From Mobula hypostoma (Eukaryota), in the NCBI RefSeq assembly GCF_963921235.1, contig NC_086097.1:172238001-172302000 (forward strand): DNA of 64,000 nucleotides. The letters run 5' to 3'. Under the pieces are notes generated by a model that saw only the letters and a program-made list of their open reading frames with translations, made no database searches and was not told the DNA's origin. Shown piece by piece: positions 35,912-46,979 of this stretch. Position 1 is the first letter of the stretch, and the number at the start of each line of letters is the position of its first letter. Position numbers and translations under genes: made by a program.

Positions 35912-36458
35912 TTTGTACTGGACATTGGTGAGGCTGCACCAAGAGTATTGTGTGCAGTTTTGGACACCCTATTCCAGGAAAAACATTAAGCTGGAAAAAG
36001 TGAGGAGAAGATTTGTGAGACATTGGTAGACTCCAAGGGCCCGAGTTCCAGGGTGAGGTGGACAGATTACGACTGTGTTCCTTGGAGCATAGAAGACTGA
36101 GGAGATCTTATGGACGTGTATAAAATTTTGGGGAACATAGATGAAGTGAATGCATTCAGTCTTTTTCCTAGTGAAAGGGAATCAAAAACACGAGGGCATA
36201 GGTTTCAGTTGAGAAGGGAAAGAATTAAAAGGGATCTGAGGAGCAATATTTTCACATAAAGGGTGATGTATACAGTATATATGGAGAGAGCTGCCACAAG
36301 AAGTGGTTGATGCAAGTACAATTATAACAGATGGACAGATATATGTATAGGAAAGGTTCATCAGGAAATGAGTCAAACAGGGCAAATGGGCACTTTAGTC
36401 AGCATGGAACAGTTGGGCTGAAGGGCTTGTTCTCATGTTGCTTTGTTCTATGACTCTT
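35912..36458 (+). mobile_element. CR1 3' fragment, degenerate
   Basis: LVRLHQEYCVQFWTP; ESKTRGH; CR1 3' UTR. Confidence 0.85.
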
Positions 36459-37734
36459 TGTGGCTTCAGGGAGACTCACAAATGGCCTCAAAATGGACAA
36501 GTAAATGACTTGGGAGCATTTAGAGTTGGGAAATAAATGCTGACTATTTAGAGTTGTCCAGGTTGTGAAAAATAAACTTTCTCTAAAATAATCTTTCGAG
36601 TTAGCATGTGCAGGCATATATAACCTCCTCTAAGTGCCTTGTCAGGGAGATATTGCAGCACCATTTCACTAAACTATGGGGATATCAGCATAAATTCAGT
36701 GTTCAGAACGCAGGGATGGGTCTCAACCTAATGATGGTTGGGCTCAGAAATGAGAGTTGGTCAGGAGGAGTGAGAGCCCTCAAAAACAAGCCAAGGAACA
36801 CAAGCAGAAGTCGCCTTTTGTCCACATCACACCGAGGAAGACTCAAAAGATGAAACTTCACCGCACCTGGATTGCCTCTTGCAAGTCAGTTTGACAGCTG
36901 GTGTGAGAGTTGGCAGTCTCTCTGCCTGAGTTGAAATGGAAGGTCAGATTGCAACCTGCTCTGTGTGAAACTAGCAGAGGGTGCAGACGTCAGCAAGCTG
37001 AGAGCAGGGTTGTTTGTAGGCTGCTCAAGCTGATATAAAAGATTGTTCACCAGCTCCTCTGTAGGGGGGAATGCATTGGTGAACATTCATACTCACCAGT
37101 CCAGAATCCAGGGATTTGGCAGCCTGATGATACTTATTTTATTTTATTTAATTGATTAGTTGATTTAATTTGTTTTAGTATTCCCCTTTTAACCGATTTT
37201 ACAGGTGCTGTAGATATTCTGGATGAAAGTATGTTTGTATTTTTAATTCAAAGGATGTGAGCAGCATCAGCAATAATTGTCCATCCTTAATTGCTCTGGG
37301 ATGAAGAGACAGTTAAGAGTCAATCACCTTAGTGAATTAGACTAGAAGATTTTCTTCCCTGCAGGATATTAGGGAACCTGATGGTGTTGTTGCCAGTCGA
37401 CTGGTTTCAAAATTACTGTTATCATGTTTTTAAATAATAAATCATTTTAATGATTTCAAGTTTTTAATGACTTGAAATTAAATTCTCCAGGTGAAAATCT
37501 AACAGATATCTCAGGATCAACCCTTGAGGAATTTAACCACTACACCACCGCAGTTACACTAAATCCACTGTGAAATGTGAATTGATTACTTACAAATCTG
37601 GGACATCATGTTCCAGACTCTGTAGGAGGCACAACGGCTTGGCAGCTTCATCACAGAAGGGCAAGTCTGGCATCAAGTTCAGGCAATTGCTGTTGAACAT
37701 GGGAATTGGGAATGTAACACAAATTATGGGCAGC

Positions 37735-37930
37735 ATAAAGGAGCAGCAGTGCAGTCTCACAGCTCCACAGCGAGCCAGGTTTGATCCTGACACCTGGTGT
37801 GTCTGTGTGGAATTTGCATGTTCTGTCAGACAGCGTGGGTTTCCTCTGGCTGTTCCAGTTTCTGCTCCCATTCCAAGGACGTGGTTTCCCAGGTTAATTG
37901 CCCATTGTAAACTGCCCCCACTGTGCACGT
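37735..37930 (+). mobile_element. HE1/V-SINE remnant
   Basis: V-domain gtctgtgtggaatttgcatgttct...gcgtgggtttcctctgg...cccattgtaaactgcccc. Confidence 0.75.
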
Positions 37931-38446
37931 GAGTGGAGTATTGAGAGAAGTTGTGCAGGCTAAGACTTTGTTCCCTGGAGCACAGGAGACTGAGTGGTGA
38001 CCTTGTAGAGGTATATAAAATTGTGTATACATAGTTAGGGTGAGTGCACTCAGTCCTTATCCCAGGGAAAAAGAAACAAAACCTAAGGGCCATAGGTTTA
38101 AGGTGAGAGGGGAACTGAGGGGCAACTTCTTCACATAGAGCATGTTGCATATATGGAACAAACTGCCAGAGGGAGTGATTGAGGCAGGGACAATAACAAT
38201 ATTTGTGGACAGGCGCTTGGATAGGAAAGTTTGAGGGGTATGGGCTGAACACAGGCAAATGTGATTAGTTTAGATGGGTACCTTTGTCGGAATAGACCAT
38301 TTGGGCTGTATTACTCCGTGACTCTATGAGTTGTAGAGTCTGAGAGCAGCTGATGGGAATGCGAAATTAAAACAAGACTGGTGAATCTCCGCCTTCTCTG
38401 GTGAGTGACACCCCAGTTAAATACCTCAAAACACTGCATGAAATAT

Positions 38447-39045
38447 TTTAATTCCACATTTTAATTCCACATCCCATTCCCATTCTGACATGTCTATCCA
38501 CGGCCTCCTCTACTGTAAAGATGAAGCCACACTCAGGTTGGAGGAACAACACCTTATATTCCGTCTGGGTAGCCTCCAACCTGATGGCATGAACATCGAC
38601 TTCTCTAACTTCCGCTAAGGCCCCACCTCCCCCTCGTACCCCATCCATTACTCATTTTTATGCACACATTCTTTCTCTCACTCTCCTTTTTCTCCCTCTG
38701 TCCCTCTGACTATACCTCTTGCCCATCCTCTGGGTCCCCCCACCTTGTCTTTCTTCCCGGACCTCCTGTCCCATGATCCTCTTGAATCCCCTTTTGCCTA
38801 TCACCTGTCCAGCTCTTGGCTCTATCCCTCCCCCTCCTGTCTTCTCCTATCATTTTGGATCTCCCCCTCCCCCTCCAACTTTCAAATCCCTTACTCACTC
38901 TTCCTTCAGTTAGTCCTGACGAAGGGTCTCGGCCTGAAACGTCGACTGCACCTCTTCCTACAGATGCTGCTTGGCCTGCTGCGTTCACCAGCAACTTTGA
39001 TGTGTGTTGCTTGAATTTCCAGCATCTGCAGAATTCCTGTTGTTG
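38447..39045 (+). mobile_element. Penelope subfamily A solo 3' arm (end of GIY-YIG plus pLTR)
   Basis: Near-identical to 17561-18110 plus tail; 14-bp TSD actgcatgaaatat at 38433-38446 / 39046-39059. Confidence 0.95.
38912..38947 (+). ncRNA. Intact minimal type I hammerhead ribozyme motif
   Basis: Helix I AGUC/GACU; core CUGACGA; helix II AGG/CCU; GAAA; palindromic ACGU helix III; predicted GUC cleavage after 38943. Confidence 0.85.
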
Positions 39046-39109
39046 ACTGCATGAAATATGATGTCTTTAAGTATCTCCATTTCACAAATGGTGCTGTGCA
39101 GATTGTTTC

Positions 39110-39990
39110 ATATCAAAATAAACTTTATTCACAAATACAAAAATATTGACAAGAATAAATATGCAATGCCTTTTCCATTCTTATATTCAGTCAATGCTTT
39201 CAATAATGTTCTATTAGATTCCTACACACCAATAGCACTGCGGCCTCTCATGTGGCTCCCTGGGGTGGTTGACTGTTACATTAATTTAGGGCCTTTCTCA
39301 TCCGGCCCAGCCCCTTCCTCTCCAGTAGTGAGAACCCTATACTGTGACTCGAACCCACCAAGCCCTTGCAGTGGCTGCACCAACCTTCTCAGCGTCCCTC
39401 AGTACACACTCCTGAAGCTTGGAATGTGTCAACTGGCAGCATTTCTTCACAGATTTCTCAATGTACTGGCAAACCAACAACTCGGGTGATCAGAGTTGAT
39501 TATCTGCTAGCAGTGTGTACGTGTCCCCGGGAACAGCCCATAGATCGGAGTGCCCTCTGTCACAAAGCTGCTCTGGGTGAACCGCGACACAAGCCCTTGC
39601 ATCTGTCTCCAAATCCACTTCACAAACCCATTGTCTGCAAACAGACGAGCTACCGTCTCTTCCCTACCGGAATCACGGTGGGAATGATGCTCCGGGTACC
39701 CAGGAAGGATCTGGATGGGAGGAGCCCTCTTACCGCCTGCCAGTAAGGTCTTGGTGCCTGTTGGTGAGGTCTGGCGATGAGGCATTCTGCCAGGTGGTCT
39801 GGACAGTCTGCTCAGGGAACCACCCCACTGTGTCCATTGAGTCCTTCTCCTGCAGAGTCTGCAGGGTGGGATGTCCAAGCTGACCACTGCCTGATAGACT
39901 TATGGTCAAAGGTGTTGGTCTGGAAGAACTTTTCCATGAAGGACAAGTAGTGCTATAAAATCCCGCTGACTGGGACGATGGAACAGTGGT
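39110..39990 (-). mobile_element. Tx1/L1-clade LINE 3' remnant
   Basis: GREETVARLFAD...WRQMQGLVSRF...IYGLFPGT resembles the Tx1 C-terminal zinc-knuckle region; minus-strand AATAAA at about 39124. Confidence 0.7.
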
Positions 39991-40442
39991 GCTGTGCAGA
40001 TCAGCTTGATAGAGACTGTGCAGTCATGGACGGTGTTTCAGAGTTGCGCCAGGTCTCTGTTTAATCTTTTCCCTCTCACCTTAAACCTATGTTCTCTAAT
40101 TTTAAATTCCCTTGTGATGATCCACCTTATCTGCCTCAGTAAAGCAGCCAGAATTATCAAAGCCCCCACCTTCCTGAACATTCTCTCTTCTATCCCCCCT
40201 CCCACTGAGCAGAAAATACAAAAGCCTGAAAGCACGTGCCACTTGGCTCAGAGACAGCTCCTATCCCACTGAAGAAGATTATTAATTGGTCTCCAAGTAT
40301 CAAATGATAGACTTTTAACCTTACACCTTACTCTCTACTTGCATTGCACTTTCATTGCAGCTGATATACTTTATCTGCGTTTAGTTATTGTTTTGTCTTG
40401 TACTACCTCCATGCACTGTGCTGCAATCTGATCTGTATGAAG

Positions 40443-40878
40443 ACCATAAGACCTAGGAGCCGAATGAGGCCAATCAGCCCATCAAGTCTGCTCCGCAATT
40501 CCATCATGACTGATCCCAGATCGACCACAACCCTGTACGCCTGCCGTCTCGCCATATCCTTTGACGCCCTGACCCATCTGGAAACAATTAGCTTCCGCCT
40601 TAAATATACACACAGACTTGGCCTCCACCTCAGTCTGTGACAGAGTGTTCAACAGACTTACCACTCTCTAGCTAGAAAAATTCCTCCTTACCTCTGTTCT
40701 CAATTTTGAGGCTGTTCCTTCTAGTTCTGGACACCCTCACCATAGGAAACATCCTCTCCACATCCACCCTATCTAGTCCTTCCAACATTTTGGTAGGTTT
40801 CAATGAGATCCCCCTGCATTCTTCTAAATTCCAGTGAGTACAGGACAAAAGTTGCCAAACGCTCCTCATATGTTAACA
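40443..40878 (-). mobile_element. CR1 3' fragment
   Basis: GLDRVDVERMFPMV...SRTR; gaccataa tail. Confidence 0.85.
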
Positions 40879-41079
40879 GTATGTGAACATATGTATGAGA
40901 AGTACACAAGACAAGCTTTTCGCAGTATTTCAGCATGTGATAATAATAAACAATTCTAAATGGGTCAGGCTCAGTTAGGCGTCTTGGTCAGCATGGATGG
41001 TGCCAAAGAGTGGCAACTTGGTGCAAACTGCTTCCTGCAGACCCTATAATCCCTGGTTCCATGCTGTATAACTCTATAC

Positions 41080-41590
41080 CACACCTGGAGTATTCTCTTC
41101 AGTTCTGGTTCTCTTAGGAAAGGCGTGGAAGCATTAGAAGCATCGCAGAGATTTACCAGGATGCTACATGGCAATACATGTCTAAAAAGAAAGGTCAGGG
41201 AAGCTAGGGCTTTTCTCGTTGGAGTGAAGGAGGATTAGAGGTAACTTGATAGAGATGCATAAGATAATAAAAGGGATAGATAGAGTGAAAGGTTCCCAGG
41301 TTGCCAATGGCCAATATCAGAAGATATTCCTTTCAAGGTGAGTGAATGAAAGTTTAGGGAGATGTCAGAGGTAGGTTTTTACACAGGGAGTGTTCATTGC
41401 ACTGCTAGAGGTGGTGCTAGAGGTTGAATCATTCAGGGTGTTTAAGAGACTCTTTGATGGACACAAGAATGAATGAAAATTAGAGGGTTATGGGCTATAT
41501 GGAAGGCAAAGATTGAACATGAAGTTAAAAGATTGGCACAACCACATGGGCTGAAGGGTCTGTATTGGACAACTGTTCTACATTCTCTGG
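41080..41590 (+). mobile_element. CR1 3' fragment, degenerate
   Basis: PHLEYSLQFW...RGNLIEMHKIIKGIDRV. Confidence 0.8.
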
Positions 41591-42039
41591 CTCTATGAAA
41601 ATAAATCTGAGTTGCTGGTGCTTGGGATTTCTCCCAACTTTCTCCTCCGTGTTCAATGAGGATGTAGAAGGAAATTTGTGCCTTGTGCCTACTGTCCTTA
41701 TCCTGGAAGCTGGGAGCTGTGGGTTTGGGGAGGTGTTGTTGGAGAAGTTTTCAGGATTCACGAGAGTCATTGGGAAAACACGGAATCAGGCCCCGTAGCC
41801 CAATAAATCCATGTCAACAATCAAACACTTATTCACGCTCATCCTACACTAATCCCATTGTATACCCTCCCCACTTTCCCATCCATTCTACGCAGATTCT
41901 ATACTCATTTGCGCACTACGGGCAAATTATAGCATACTATTAAACTAACCTATATCTCTGGGGAGAGTAACAGTCACATACAGATGAGAAACAGGCTCTT
42001 CAGCCTAACAAGCCTGTGCCATCCATTTAAATTAATCCT

Positions 42040-42200
42040 ACATTCATCACTTTTTTTTAAATCTTCCCACATTCCCATCAGTTCCCACCACAGGTAGTTT
42101 ACAACTGATCTATCATTCCACGTATCTTTGGGATGTGGGAGGAAGCATGAGCACTCAGTCACAGGGAGAACATGCAAACTCCACATAGACTGCAGGATTG
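42040..42200 (-). mobile_element. V-SINE remnant
   Basis: ctttgggatgtgggaggaa...gggagaacatgcaaactccacatagac is the antisense V-domain. Confidence 0.7.
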
Positions 42201-45200
42201 GATAGTCATTGCAGTGGTCGCTGGAGGTGTGACGTAGCGGCTTGGCTAGAGACACTACTGCGAGGCTTAGTGTAGGTGCATTAAAGGGAGACTGGACAAA
42301 TACATGAAGCAGAATGGATACTGACTGGTAATGAAGGCAGGAAGAGGCCTAAAAGGGGTATCAATGCTGACATGAATTGATTGGGCCAAATAACCTCTAT
42401 CCGATGAAGTGCAATGTAATCCTCTGATTTCAGATACATAACTGCACGGCTGACTCCTAACCACCCATTGCAATGACTATCCAATCAGTCATATGCAAGG
42501 GAATTGACTCACCCCACCTCCTCTTGGGCAAGCAGAAATGTATGATAAAGTCTGACTTGCCAGCGATATACCCACATATTCTGCATGAATAAAGAGTTGT
42601 TTAAAACAGACTGGTTAAAGAGCATCAGGCCACATCAATTTTTATTGCATTGATTTTGTTTGAGACATCACGATCAGAGGGCATTTTGAAACTGATTTGT
42701 ATTCTTGGAAAAAGCTGTTTATTCTCAATGGGAAAGGCATTCATTCTGCTGAGCAAAATGATCCTATGAATTATACAACATGACATTTCTGTATTCGGAG
42801 ATAGAATCACAATTCTTCTTAGTGAGATGGAGCTATTAAAATCAGAAATTTAATACAATGTATGAAAGGATCCACAAAGTTATATAAATTCGGCAACATG
42901 CTCTCGTTGGGATAATGATGCACTCCGTTATTCTCCAGGATGTCCAATTTAACAAGCTGCAACATACCATGGGAAAAGTTGATTTTAATCTTTCATTTGA
43001 TAAGGATATGGAGGATATAGGGTTTTCTAAAATTTCAATTTAATAATTAATTAAACAATCTCATTTGTAAGATTAGGGTTCAATTTCTTTCACTGTCCAT
43101 AAAGAGTCTATACATTTTCCCCCATGTATTTCCTACAGGTCTTTCAGTTTAGTTCCACATTCCAAAGATGTACAAGTTAATGTTAGTTAATTTGTGGCAC
43201 ACCACATTGGCACCGGAAGCATGGCAGCTCTCGTGGGCGGCTCCCAGCACATCTCAGACTGTGGTGAACATTGATACCAGCAACACCTTTGACCATATGT
43301 TTTGATATCTCAATATACATATGACAAATACAGCTAATCTCGTCTAATCTAGTAGTTCAGAGTAAGGGAGATATATAAAAACCACTACACACCATCTGCT
43401 AAACCACGACGTGTTGTCTGAAAGTATTTTTGTTCAGTGGGGAGGAATGCCTGTGTAATAGTCCATTCTATAGTCAGGTCATATACGCAAGTACAATGAG
43501 TCAGAACAGGAGACCTCTGGGAGACAGAAGAGAGGAAACATCCGGAACATTTGCACAATATGGGCTTGTCTGCTCTGGGTTGACCTGTCCCTTATGAGTT
43601 GATTTAGAATTGCTTTTTACTGCTGATTAAAAAAAACTGCAGGAGAACCGTGCGGTTCCTGTTGTCCTATAGATACTAGTACCCTGCTCCACGTACAGGC
43701 ACTTGATCTGCACGCTGGGATCACAGCAGTGAGAAGAGGCTATTCAATCCATTTTGCCTTTGTGGGTCGTAGAATATAGAACACCTTCAGTACACAAACA
43801 AGATACAAAATTAAACTTGTGATCGGTAATTATCTTACAGTTGAGACACCTTCTGTTGCACACTGAAAAGCTTGGTTTTACATGCTATCCATACAGATCA
43901 TTCCAAACATATGTACATCGAGGTAGTAGAAAGAACACGGAATAAATGTCACAGTTATCAAGTGAAGTGCAGGTAGACAGAACAAACTGCAAGGGCCATG
44001 ATAAGGTAGAGTAGAGATTAAGAGTTGCCTTTACCCTACAAGAGGCCTGTTCAAGAGTCTTGAAAACAGTGGTAAAGAAGCTGCCCCTGAGCCATCTGGT
44101 GCATGTTTTTAAGCTTTTATGCCTTGTGCCCAATGGGAGGGAATAGAAGAGAGAATGACAAGGGTGTAAGTTGACCTTTGATTATGTTGGCTGCTTTCCT
44201 AAGGCAACGGGCAATGTAGATGGAATCCATGGAGATGTAGCTGGTTTTCATGATGCACTGGGCTGTGTCCAAAACTCTCTGCAATTTCTTGTGGTTTCTC
44301 TATCGCCTATCAATTAAAACTGCATCAATTTGAGCTTAATGGTGGAAGGGCTTTGCGGGATCAGAAGGTGGACTACTAACTGAAGGATGCCCAGCTTCTG
44401 TTGAAATCCAGTCCAAATGAATTTCTGGTCAATGATCATAGAATCTTGGCACCATACAGCATGGCGATGGGGACTTAGTAATGGCAATGCCTCTGAACGT
44501 TAACAATAGATGCTTAAATAGAATATCAATTGAAAACTGGCATTGAACTTGTTAAAATTATATAAGTTGTTAGTGAAGCCATACCTGATGGTTTCACTCA
44601 GCTGCTCAACCTTACAGGATCTTGCCAGGCACAAACTGGCTGACTTGTCCCAACATTAGAACATACTCCATTTGCTTGGAAGCACTTTGGAACCTCCCAG
44701 AATACAACATCATGATATCTCCAGGCAATCCTAAGATGATTTTAACAGGAGAGCCTTTCTGACTGATGAATGGTCCCCTTCGGCACCCTCATCCATAAAC
44801 CCTGACAGCTTCAAACTTTTGTGAGCTGGCTTCAAGCTTGTCTTCTGAATAATAAAAAGGAAAAACTTTCTCTTACTAGCCATTTTCCATGTGGTTCCTC
44901 TTGCTGAGAATGCTTAAAGGAAGAAGTGCTATGTCTCACAGCAGAGCAAGAGTCTGAGCTCCATGAACCTGTCTGATTTCAAGGGACAAGCAAAATGTTG
45001 CCTGGTTAACACTGGTTCAGGCTTGCTGTCAAGTGCTGCAGACATTACATGGATGTGTGCTGATTGTTCCCACGTCTGGGGCACAACATAAATTTTCCAA
45101 ATTCCCGGCCTGAAGGTTGAGTTTCACAGTGTTGGAGCAAATATCAGGAATTATGGTGTCAAGATAATTAGTGCCCTGAAAGAAATTCTGGCCATTAGTT

Positions 45201-45911
45201 TCAGCAGAATTTGTGTGCTTTAATCCAGATTTCTGCTGCTGATGGACAAAGCCCAGTGCTGTCTCCCAACATTCTCCCTTTAGTAGAGCATAGAGTGTGG
45301 AACAGTTCAGGGCAGGAACAGGCCCTTTGGCTCACAATATCTGTGCTCACCAAATTAAACTAATCTGACATGTTGTCTTTCAAGTCTCTTTTAAATCTCT
45401 CCCTTCTTACCTCAAACCTGTGCCCTCTAGTTCTTGATTCCCCAACCCTGGGGAAAAGACTGAGTGAATTCACCCAATTCATACCTCTCATCATTTTATT
45501 CACTTCTATAAGGTCATCCCTCGTTCTCCTGAGTTCCAAGGAATAAGGTCCTAGCCTGCCTAATCTCTCATGGCCATAGAAGAAAGGGAAGGGGGAGGGG
45601 CACCAGAAGGAGGTGATGAGCAGGCAACCAGATGCAGTGAGAGAGGGAAATGGGAATAAGGAATGGAGAAGGAGAGGGAGAGAGAAAATTACTGGAATTT
45701 CAAGAAATCAATGTTTATGCCATCAGGTTGGAAGCTACCCTGATGGAATACAAGGTGTTGCTCGTCCAACCTGAGTGTGGCCTCATCGCAGCAGTAGAGG
45801 AGGAGAAGAACGCAAACAACAGGAATTCTGCAGATGCTGGAAATTCAAGCAACACACATAAAAGTTGCTGGTGAACACAGCAGGCCAGACAGCATCTCTA
45901 GGAAGAGGTGC

Positions 45912-45947
45912 AGTCGACGTTTCAGGCCGAGACCCTTCGTCAGGACT
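45912..45947 (-). ncRNA. Intact minimal hammerhead motif (left arm)
   Basis: Minus strand AGUC-CUGACGA-AGGGUCUCGGCCU-GAAACGUC-GACU. Confidence 0.85.
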
Positions 45948-45967
45948 AACTGAAGGAAGAGTCAGTT

Positions 45968-46003
45968 AGTCCTGATGAAGGGTCTCGGCCTGAAACGTCA
46001 ACT
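45968..46003 (+). ncRNA. Minimal hammerhead motif (right arm)
   Basis: AGUC-CUGAUGA-AGGGUCUCGGCCU-GAAACGUC-AACU (one helix I mismatch). Confidence 0.78.
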
Positions 46004-46979
46004 GTACCTCTTCCTAGAGATGCTGCCTGGCCTGCTGTGTTCACCAGCAACTTTTATGTGTGTTGCTTGAGGAGGATAAGAACTGATATTGGAATGGGTA
46101 TGGGAAGTCGAACTGAAATGGGTGGCCACCGGGAGATCCCGCATATCCTGGCAGATGGAGCATAGGTTTCAGCGAAGCGATCTCCCAGTCTCCTGTATAT
46201 CGGTCTCACCGATCTACAGGAGCCCACACCGGGAGCATCAGATACAGTGGATAACCCCAAGAGAGTCACAGGTAAAGGGTCGCCTCATCTAGAAGGACTG
46301 TTTGGGGCTCTGAATGGTAGTGACAGAAGAGGTGTAGGGGTAGTTATGGTACTTGTTCCACTTGCAAGGACAAGTGCCAGGAGGAAAATCAGTGGAGGAG
46401 GGATGGATGAATGAAGAAAACTATTATTTGTTAAATAATGCTTACTTTGCATGGTTGCACTATAAGTATCTTTCACTGCAAATGGCAGAATTAATAACTT
46501 ACAAGTGTGTTCCTGTGGGTTTAAGATAAGTTCTATTTTGTTCATGTAGTTTGTAAACAGGACAAAACAGGTCCATCAAGGCAGCAGAAACAGGGGTAAA
46601 ATAATCAGAGATATTTACAGCAAAGAAAAAAGCCAATGATACACGTTGATCAAAAATGAACTGTTGTTAAATTCCACCTTCAAGTCCTTGGCCAGTAACC
46701 CTACTAGTGATGTCTTATCCATTAACGTGATGGCTGGTTTCTGACGCCACAACCTCTTCAAGCTGTCGAGTTGCTGTAGAAACTATTGAGAGATGTACTT
46801 AGAGAATGCTCACTGTTTTCTTCATACATAAGTCATTCAGGACACAGAAAATATTGGTAAAGTTACTGAACTAAAGGCGTAAAAAATAGAAAGATATTAA
46901 ACATTTTTAAAGAATGTATGAAAAATTAAAGAATTTAGGATAAAAGATAACAAATCGCTAAATTGGTAAGTTAAGTGAA

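Larger units (their letters stand above)
45812..46068. mobile_element. 257-bp palindromic double-hammerhead Penelope-derived insertion
   Basis: 109-bp inverted arms 45845-45953 / 45962-46070 with 4 mismatches and an 8-nt loop; 15-bp TSD gaggagga(g/t)aagaac at 45797-45811 / 46069-46083. Confidence 0.93.
45575..46410 (-). mobile_element. Older Penelope GIY-YIG fragment, host of the palindromic insertion
   Basis: Minus strand TIQSPKQSF...VIHCI...RRLGDRFAE...VATHFSS...RLDEQHLVF; colinear across 45812-46068. Confidence 0.85.

Noticed and set aside
37088..37135. Minus-strand splice donor CTG|GTGAGT with a 27-nt micro-exon
   Set aside because: The upstream AG lacks a polypyrimidine tract; no partner exons recognised
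44600..44800. Possible minus-strand coding exon
   Set aside because: Short open frame with no recognisable motif or convincing splice sites
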